Assembly (NCBI GenBank): GCA_021323375.2
Contig: JAJPCT020000023.1
Span: forward strand, 35,803-99,802
Reading direction: 5' to 3'
DNA length: 64,000 nt
Source: Candidatus Wolframiiraptor gerlachensis
GTDB taxonomy: Archaea > Thermoproteota > Nitrososphaeria_A > Caldarchaeales > Wolframiiraptoraceae
Part shown: one piece after another, positions 58,293-64,000 of the stretch
How the letters are laid out: each line of letters opens with the position of its first letter
How positions within the stretch are numbered: position 1 is the stretch's first letter
Made by a program: the position numbers and the translations under genes
The notes under the pieces: model-generated
Seen by the model: only the letters and a program-made list of their open reading frames with translations
The model's database searches: none
What the model was told of the DNA's origin: nothing

Positions 58293-58432
58293 ACTATACC
58301 CTCTCATTTAACGGCTTCATAAGCGGCCTCTTTAATAGTAACTTGACTCCTCTAACCCTCCCCTCAACCCCTATACACATCCCTCCCACCACCTCATTCA
58401 TAGAGGGTTATTGTATAGTAGTGTCTAACCGC

Positions 58433-58760
58433 TCAGTATGGCGGGATGAGGCGGTTTAGCAATCTCTCACGTAAGGCGAGGCGTTTCGCGATCCTCCAGG
58501 CCTCCTCCTTCTCGCTCCACTCATAGTAGTAGGGCGTATGCCTGAAGACTAATACTATGAACCTCTCATCATCCCTGTCCCGGCAATGCCATACCTGAAC
58601 CTCTCCCCAGGATCAAGGACATACCTTCTATCAACGTGGCAGATGTCGTGCCCGCTCTCCCGGCGCTCTCGGGGAATCTCGACCCAAAGCCTCTTAATCT
58701 CCTCCAGCTCACGTATCCCCCTCAGATCCGTAACCCGGCCCCCAACAAGCCTTACACACG
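58433..58760 (-). pseudogene. Frameshifted hypothetical ORF
   Basis: VRLVGGRVTDLRGIRELEEIKRLWVEIP...FRYGIAGT continues in another frame as DDERFIVLVFRHTPYYYEWSEKEEAWRIAKRL...PPY*; SD-like GGAGGG precedes an out-of-frame GTG. Confidence 0.4.
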
Positions 58761-58908
58761 CCCTCCTTTATCCCTTTAGGTCCATCCCGAGAATGAGAAA
58801 GAGGGGGCGTTATGAGGCCTTATTCATCCTCCGGGAATATCTCGTCCCCCAGATATATGCCATCCTCCACAAGCCATTCATCGAAGACGAGAACCCTCCT
58901 GGGGAGGG

Positions 58909-59235
58909 GTGGAGTTGAGAAAAATATTGAAGGATGTCGAGCGCTATAGCGACGCGTTCGCGGAGCTCGGGCCCGGGGCCTTAAGCGACTTAAGGAATCT
59001 CGTGGACTGTGTTGGCGGCTTCCTTGATCTGCTGGCGGATCCAAGGACGGACTTCAGGGTCAAGCTGATGGACTATGCCAAGATCAGAGATGATGTGTTC
59101 GAGTTCTGCCGGTTCTACGCCGGGTGGCTGGGAAATCCGCTGATGGAGAGGCTGAAGCATGAGATTTACAATTTATTGGAGGAGGCCATAGGCTGGTGGG
59201 GGGAGCAGGAAGCCCTTGACGCTATGGGGGTGTGA
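58909..59235 (+). CDS. Hypothetical protein
   Basis: 108-aa ORF with SD-like GGAGGGG; its stop overlaps the next start (GTGA). Confidence 0.6.
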   Translation: MELRKILKDVERYSDAFAELGPGALSDLRNLVDCVGGFLDLLADPRTDFRVKLMDYAKIRDDVFEFCRFYAGWLGNPLMERLKHEIYNLLEEAIGWWGEQEALDAMGV

Positions 59236-60068
59236 GGATGTTGAGGAGGTATAGGGGTCTTGAGGAGAGGTTTAGGCTCTATGATGAGGTTATGAGGTTA
59301 AGAGAGCTGGGCCTCGGATATAATCAGATAGCGAGGGTCATCGAGGAGAGATACGGCGTCTCGCTGAGCACCGGCATGATATGCAATTGGGTTAGGGGCA
59401 GATACCACCCGCTTGAGAGGTGTAACAGGATAGTTGGGGGGCCTGGGTTGGCTTATGTTATTAGTGGATGGCTCGGAGATGGAAAGCTCGGCCGTGACAA
59501 GAGGAACTATAAACATTATGTTAAGCTGGGGGTGAGCGACTATGACTTTGTCGAGGAGTGGGGTCGATGTCTCGCCGAGGCTCTCGGCAGGTCGAAGCCA
59601 TATAAGCCGAGATGGGATGATAAATATGAGAGGTGGGAAGTCAGAGGATCTAGCATACTCCTATACAGCCTGTTGAAGAGGGCTAAGGGGGATCCCTGGA
59701 TCCTAATGCCCTATCTCGAGAAATATCCTAGGGAGGCATGCAGAGGATTCTTCGACGCGGAGGGATGGGTTGACGTAGCGGGCCATTGTATTGGAGCAGG
59801 TAACACGGATCCCGGTATCATTAATCTGTTCAATGAGCTTCTCGGAAAGCTCGGCATTAACTGCAAAGTATATCGACGCCGTCGGAAAGATCTTTTCTTC
59901 ATAAGTCCAAGAACCGGTAAAGTCTGCAGGCGTAACAGCAAGTTCATAATACACTTAGTGATATTTGGGGAGGAGAATATTCTGAGGTTTGCCGAAGAGG
60001 TCGGATTTACCATCGCTAGGAAGCGGGCAGCATTAACAGAGCTAGTGAGAAGATATCGCGGATGCTAA
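59232..60068 (+). CDS. Free-standing two-motif LAGLIDADG homing endonuclease with N-terminal HTH
   Basis: GLGYNQIARVIEERYGVSLS..MICNW HTH; LAYVISGWLGDG and ACRGFFDAEG motifs; NTD, F..EVGF.I.RK. Confidence 0.88.
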   Translation: MRMLRRYRGLEERFRLYDEVMRLRELGLGYNQIARVIEERYGVSLSTGMICNWVRGRYHPLERCNRIVGGPGLAYVISGWLGDGKLGRDKRNYKHYVKLGVSDYDFVEEWGRCLAEALGRSKPYKPRWDDKYERWEVRGSSILLYSLLKRAKGDPWILMPYLEKYPREACRGFFDAEGWVDVAGHCIGAGNTDPGIINLFNELLGKLGINCKVYRRRRKDLFFISPRTGKVCRRNSKFIIHLVIFGEENILRFAEEVGFTIARKRAALTELVRRYRGC

Positions 60069-60167
60069 GGACAACGACGAAGCCCCTCCCTACCTCCACC
60101 CCTTTTATATCCCAGTTTTTCACGTACACCTCATATCTCGCATAATTCAGGTTTATGGGGGTGGATT

Positions 60168-60281
60168 CGGGCCCGCCGGGATTTGAACCCGGGACGTCCG
60201 GGTTTCTCCCTCCGGGTTTCTCCGGGCCTCCTCCAGAATCGTTAAAAGCCCGGCGCTCTATCCTGGCTGAGCTACGGGCCC
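60168..60281 (-). tRNA. tRNA-Lys(UUU) with 39-nt intron at 37/38 (60204-60242)
   Basis: GGGCCCG acceptor, GCTC/GAGC D-stem, CCGGG-CT-TTT-A|A-CCCGG anticodon arm, CCGGG-TTCAAAT-CCCGG T-arm; relaxed BHB with CUUU/GGAG central helix; TATA-like box about 30 nt upstream. Confidence 0.93.
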
Positions 60282-60359
60282 AACTCCGGTGCTCTGCATT
60301 CCCCCGGAGGAATATATAGTTATGCGGAGCATTATGCTCCGGGGAGGCTTGTATGCTAG

Positions 60360-61703
60360 TTATCTCGGCTTCTCCACCGTTGCCCATTTGACCCCTCTTC
60401 CAATATGCTTCGTCTTTTCCCAAAATACATCCTTGAATATTTCTTGGTAGAATGCTCTTATCGCTGCAAGGGGCATCATGAAGTTCATGTAGAATATCAT
60501 GTGTGGCAGGTATTTAATTAGTGTCTTAGTCGTCCCCATTCCTTCGAGCATCGCACCCTTTATCCAAGTGTAGTAGTAGATTATGTTGAATGCTAGTGGG
60601 AGTATCGCCCACCATGGGAATAGGTTTGCGGTTAAGTTGAGCGGAATTATCCCGAAGTATTCTAGGAGCCAGTATATGGTGAGCGAATATGCCATCCAGT
60701 TTAGGACGACTATTATGGGCGCTATGAGCATCGAGATTATTGATAGGGATTTGAGGATACCGAGCCTCCCTATCACAGGCGGCCTAATGAGCATCCTAGC
60801 ATATTTCTCGAGGCTTTGAATCCATCCTCTAAACCATCTCGTCCTCTGCCTTAGCCAAGCTTTGAATGTTATTGGAGCCTCCTCCCAGTGTCTCGCATCT
60901 ATGACAACCACCTTTCTTCCAGACAGGTAGAATCTGACTGCGATCTCAGCGTCCTCGGCGAGGTTTAATGGATCCCATCTACCCACCTCACTTATCGCTG
61001 ATCTCCTTATGTAGTTCCCCGTGCCGCCGAGTGGGGTGAAGAGACCCAGTCTCGACCTACCATTTAACATGACCCTGAACCACCCGGCATACTCCATGGA
61101 GAATATTCTCGTTATCCAGTTATCTGTCTCATTGCTTATCCTGAGTATTGCTTGGACGGAGTCCATTTGATGATCCTCGATCGCCGAGGCGATCTTGAGG
61201 AATGTGTCCGCATCCGGTATATCCTCGACATCAACTATTCCTATTATGTCTCCTCTGCAGAGTGCTAGCGAGTCGTTTAACGCGCTCGGCTTCGTCGGGA
61301 AATATTCTCTCCTTATTAGCGGCAGCACCCTTCCTGGATAAACCTGTGCATACCAGATCGCGACCCTCTCGCCAATAGGATCCTCTGTTACAACTATTAT
61401 CTCCTTCCGGTCTAATGGATACTCTACATTGTTTAGACAGACCTCGATTGTTCTCGGGAGTATCGGCTCATCCCTGGCCGGGATTATGAGGGAGATCCTT
61501 GGATATGTTTTAGGCCTCGTGCCGGGGTTTACCGGCCTCTTTACGCCGGCCGCGAGTATGATTATGTGGTAGATGCCCCAGAAGATGTAGGCTATTGTCA
61601 GGCCATATGCGATGAATAGGAGCACCTGCCTCGGGTAGATGATCAGCAGGAGTATTATCGCGATAAGGGATACTATGAAGATTGCCGGCTTAATGCCTCT
61701 CAT
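60360..61703 (-). CDS. Processive GT2 glycosyltransferase (cellulose synthase/IcaA-like)
   Basis: IIPARDE, K..ALN, DxE/D, LAEDAE, QRTRW motif, TM helices. Confidence 0.9.
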   Translation of the reverse strand: MRGIKPAIFIVSLIAIILLLIIYPRQVLLFIAYGLTIAYIFWGIYHIIILAAGVKRPVNPGTRPKTYPRISLIIPARDEPILPRTIEVCLNNVEYPLDRKEIIVVTEDPIGERVAIWYAQVYPGRVLPLIRREYFPTKPSALNDSLALCRGDIIGIVDVEDIPDADTFLKIASAIEDHQMDSVQAILRISNETDNWITRIFSMEYAGWFRVMLNGRSRLGLFTPLGGTGNYIRRSAISEVGRWDPLNLAEDAEIAVRFYLSGRKVVVIDARHWEEAPITFKAWLRQRTRWFRGWIQSLEKYARMLIRPPVIGRLGILKSLSIISMLIAPIIVVLNWMAYSLTIYWLLEYFGIIPLNLTANLFPWWAILPLAFNIIYYYTWIKGAMLEGMGTTKTLIKYLPHMIFYMNFMMPLAAIRAFYQEIFKDVFWEKTKHIGRGVKWATVEKPR

Positions 61704-62661
61704 GGCTTACAACACCAATTATCCTAGCAATCTCGCCAATTATCCTGTCCACGGAGCTCGAGATATCATCCACCTTGATTATCCTTATCTTCTCCGGATT
61801 GAATATCTTCTCGAGCTCCGGCCTAAAGCTTGCTGGCAACACTATCACCATTGTGGAGTTGGGGATGTCCGCTGCCTTTAGCGTCATCAATATGGGATAT
61901 GTCTCGTCGGTGATCCTCTCAGGCGCGATCTCGATCACGAGGGATGGATCTCCCCTAACATATATTGGCACGGTGTATATCACGCCACTTGATCCCGTTA
62001 TCCGCGTGAACGTGGCGACGTCGAGCCCCAGAGCCTCCAGCCTCCGCGCCATGGTCTCCACGATGCTGAAAACCTCTGAGATCCTCCTAGCCTCCTCCGA
62101 TAGCCGGTATACCGGGCATTTCCTAAGTTCAAGCTGCTGAATCCTGTTCACGTGTCCTTTCTCGCATTCGATCTCTACGAGCGGCACTTGGAAGACCGCC
62201 TTGCAATCAATGCAGGTAAATCCGAACCCAGGCCTCCCATAGTCTATGCCAACCCTCTTCATCTCCTTGCCGCATTTCGGGCATCGATAGACTCCAAGGC
62301 TGTTCGTCTGAAACTCCTCAAATCTCCCGGTGTATCCGCAGTCATAATGGATCATGAGCTCCCTCTTCTCGATATTCCTAGAATTGCATTCTGGGCATTT
62401 GAGGACTACGTGGAGGCAGACCGTCCTGCATACTGTGCATAATGGGAATGAAATCTCTCCAGCAACCTCCAATAAGCCTCTCTCATAATAGGCTCTCGCC
62501 CTCTCCTCCGGAACCTCTATACCGAATAGCTCATAGATTATCCCAATGCCCTGCCTGATCCTAGGCCTAAACTCGACAGGTTCACCCCTATGTAGAGCAT
62601 CATAGAGCGATGAGAAGAGATGGACGTCAACAAGCCTAAGCTTCTGAAAGTCGCTGGACAA
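61690..62661 (-). CDS. TackOD1-like zinc-ribbon protein with C-terminal restriction-endonuclease-like domain
   Basis: CTVC/CPEC/HYDCGYTG/CPKC/CIDC/CEKGH, GIDY.RPG, G.SGV.Y; overlaps the GT2 start. Confidence 0.72.
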   Translation of the reverse strand: MSSDFQKLRLVDVHLFSSLYDALHRGEPVEFRPRIRQGIGIIYELFGIEVPEERARAYYERGLLEVAGEISFPLCTVCRTVCLHVVLKCPECNSRNIEKRELMIHYDCGYTGRFEEFQTNSLGVYRCPKCGKEMKRVGIDYGRPGFGFTCIDCKAVFQVPLVEIECEKGHVNRIQQLELRKCPVYRLSEEARRISEVFSIVETMARRLEALGLDVATFTRITGSSGVIYTVPIYVRGDPSLVIEIAPERITDETYPILMTLKAADIPNSTMVIVLPASFRPELEKIFNPEKIRIIKVDDISSSVDRIIGEIARIIGVVSHERH

Positions 62662-62772
62662 TTATACCCTAACGAGGGGGTTAATCGCTTCTGCTATATA
62701 TTTATTTCCCCCGAGCCTCCTCCGTTTAACGAATTGAGTACAGAAAAATAGGGGTGTGTTTTGATTTGCTAG

Positions 62773-63006
62773 CTACTCGGTAATGAATGCCGTCTCGGTG
62801 GATTGGACTCCTCGCACTCTTTGTATCCTCTTAAGGACTATGTTTCCGATCTCCTCGATCGTCTCCGCCTCGACCAGTGCGACAACGTCGTATCTACCGC
62901 TCACGATCCTCGCCAACTTGACGTTCTTTATGCGTGCGAGGCCTTTTACGACCGCCGCCGCGTTCCCCTTTAAGGTCCTTATGAAGACGTATGCCCGGAC
63001 TGGCAT
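62773..63006 (-). CDS. Stand-alone Lrp/AsnC ligand-binding (RAM) domain protein
   Basis: AYVFI, VSGRYDVVALVEA, I.RV.GV.STET. Confidence 0.88.
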   Translation of the reverse strand: MPVRAYVFIRTLKGNAAAVVKGLARIKNVKLARIVSGRYDVVALVEAETIEEIGNIVLKRIQRVRGVQSTETAFITE

Positions 63007-63012
63007 GCCCTC

Positions 63013-63246
63013 TCACCCCACCACGACTAGGGTCTCTGTCCTCTCGACGCCCTCTATCGCCTGTATCCTCCCGACCACGAGCTCGGCCAGCTTCCTGAAG
63101 TCCTCGGCCTCAGCCTCGACGACAGCGTCGAATCTGCCTGTTATGGGAGATGCCGACTTAACGCCCTCCACCCGCCTCACCTGATCCAAGACATCATGGA
63201 GCCTAGCCCTCAAACACCTTAACAAAACGTAAGCATATACCGGCAT
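63013..63246 (-). CDS. Stand-alone Lrp/AsnC ligand-binding (RAM) domain protein
   Basis: AYVLL, ITGRFDAVVEAEA, IQAIEGVERTET. Confidence 0.88.
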   Translation of the reverse strand: MPVYAYVLLRCLRARLHDVLDQVRRVEGVKSASPITGRFDAVVEAEAEDFRKLAELVVGRIQAIEGVERTETLVVVG

Positions 63247-63376
63247 TTACTCTCCCCTCAACAATATGATATGCTCATCTAATGAATAAGCTTTACTCCA
63301 GCTCGGGAGACTAGCTCTCATGCACCTCAGTTACTTGAGTATGATTAATGACAATAGAGCATGTTAGTTATTTGAT

Positions 63377-64000
63377 TTATGGTGGGAGGAATATGAGTTT
63401 TTCTGGTGGCAGTATTCTATTTAGCTGACTGGTTATAAGCATGTACAGCCCTCCCTTAAGCATGTTCATCAGCGATAAACTTTTTTCAAGCTCATCGTTT
63501 GATGAAAGTCTTCTTATTTGCCTTTTTGCGTTTGTCTCTACCTTCTTAACAATCTTCTTCATTAAGTTTTCATAAACTTTCGCAGCTTCTAAACCCCCTT
63601 CTTCGGCCCTTATTATAGCTTTGACTGCCAAGCGCCCGCTCAAAGCGGCGTTATCCATCCCCAAACCACGGTATAGATCAACTAAGCCCGCGGCGTCTCC
63701 AATAATTAATATCCTTCCCTCGCCCAAGTATATCGTGCTTCTTAATGTTGATGAGAAACCTTCCTTCTTGACAACCTTTCCACGAAGCTCATACTTTTCC
63801 TTGACATAATTAAAAAATCTATCCACATATTCTAAGGGGTTTTTATCGGCACCTGTTCTTATCACCCATTTGTCATCTTTTAGATAAATCCATGCGAACA
63901 TCAGGGGGCAAAATTCCCGGTTGTAAAACATGTAAAGCGTGTTGGGATCCAGCTTAGCCTTACCAACAAAGTAGTAGTTTATTGTCGCACCTGAGGTTTT
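63377..64000 (-). CDS. Geranylgeranyl reductase-family FAD oxidoreductase (C-terminal part; runs off the window)
   Basis: LIIGDAAGLVD...G.GM..A..SG motif; the frame is open to the window edge. Confidence 0.8.
   Translation of the reverse strand, partial: KTSGATINYYFVGKAKLDPNTLYMFYNREFCPLMFAWIYLKDDKWVIRTGADKNPLEYVDRFFNYVKEKYELRGKVVKKEGFSSTLRSTIYLGEGRILIIGDAAGLVDLYRGLGMDNAALSGRLAVKAIIRAEEGGLEAAKVYENLMKKIVKKVETNAKRQIRRLSSNDELEKSLSLMNMLKGGLYMLITSQLNRILPPEKLIFLPP

Larger units (their letters stand above)
58261..60200. mobile_element. Remnant of a tRNA-Lys-integrated element carrying a LAGLIDADG endonuclease
   Basis: Bounded by direct repeats of the tRNA 3' end; contains a frameshifted ORF, small orphan ORFs and an endonuclease; no integrase visible. 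Confidence 0.55.

Noticed and set aside
58586-59044. ORFs 58586-58918(+, long form) and 58820-59044(-)
   Set aside because: Shadow frames of the pseudogene and the 108-aa ORF; low-complexity translations
60016-60423. 135-aa minus-strand ORF
   Set aside because: Runs through the tRNA-Lys gene and the GT2 3' end; spurious
1-64000. CRISPR arrays, IS transposases, integrases, inteins, rRNA genes
   Set aside because: No regularly spaced repeats or transposase/integrase motifs seen; RpoA, RpoB, TopA, PpsA and PyrG have normal lengths without intein motifs

Overview
Gene-dense archaeal chromosome segment. Unsplit RpoA (A'+A'' in one 1277-aa ORF), unsplit RpoB, TackOD1-like proteins and an intron-containing tRNA suggest a TACK lineage, probably a thermophilic Nitrososphaerota/Aigarchaeota-like organism (inference). 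It carries a type IV pilus-like locus, the complete archaeal-type shikimate operon (aroA'-aroB'-aroD-aroE-aroK-aroA-aroC), pheA-tyrA, a type IA topoisomerase, pyrFEBIKCDG, trpEGDCFBA, rps12, lplA/lplB, a xylulokinase-family kinase, ppsA, rpoH-rpoB-rpoA-rpl30e-nusA, a radical SAM gene, a ~1.9 kb probable integrated-element remnant with a LAGLIDADG endonuclease at tRNA-Lys(UUU), a candidate C/D box sRNA, a GT2/TackOD1 pair and two stand-alone Lrp/AsnC ligand-binding domains. The most striking signals are two unannotated candidate ribosome-based amino-acid sensors. (1) The predicted trp transcript starts with a leaderless 8-codon uORF containing GGU GGC UAU CUU UGG C, which mimics the bacterial RF2 +1 frameshift cassette with a Trp codon in place of UGA; the +1 frame is trpE. 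(2) The aro operon has a ~250-nt leader encoding a 30-aa peptide with 9 Trp/Tyr/Phe codons out of 11, followed by mutually exclusive hairpins and a hairpin plus U5 next to the Shine-Dalgarno site, i.e. an attenuator-like architecture in an archaeon. All protein calls come from motif recognition by eye; no database searches were run.
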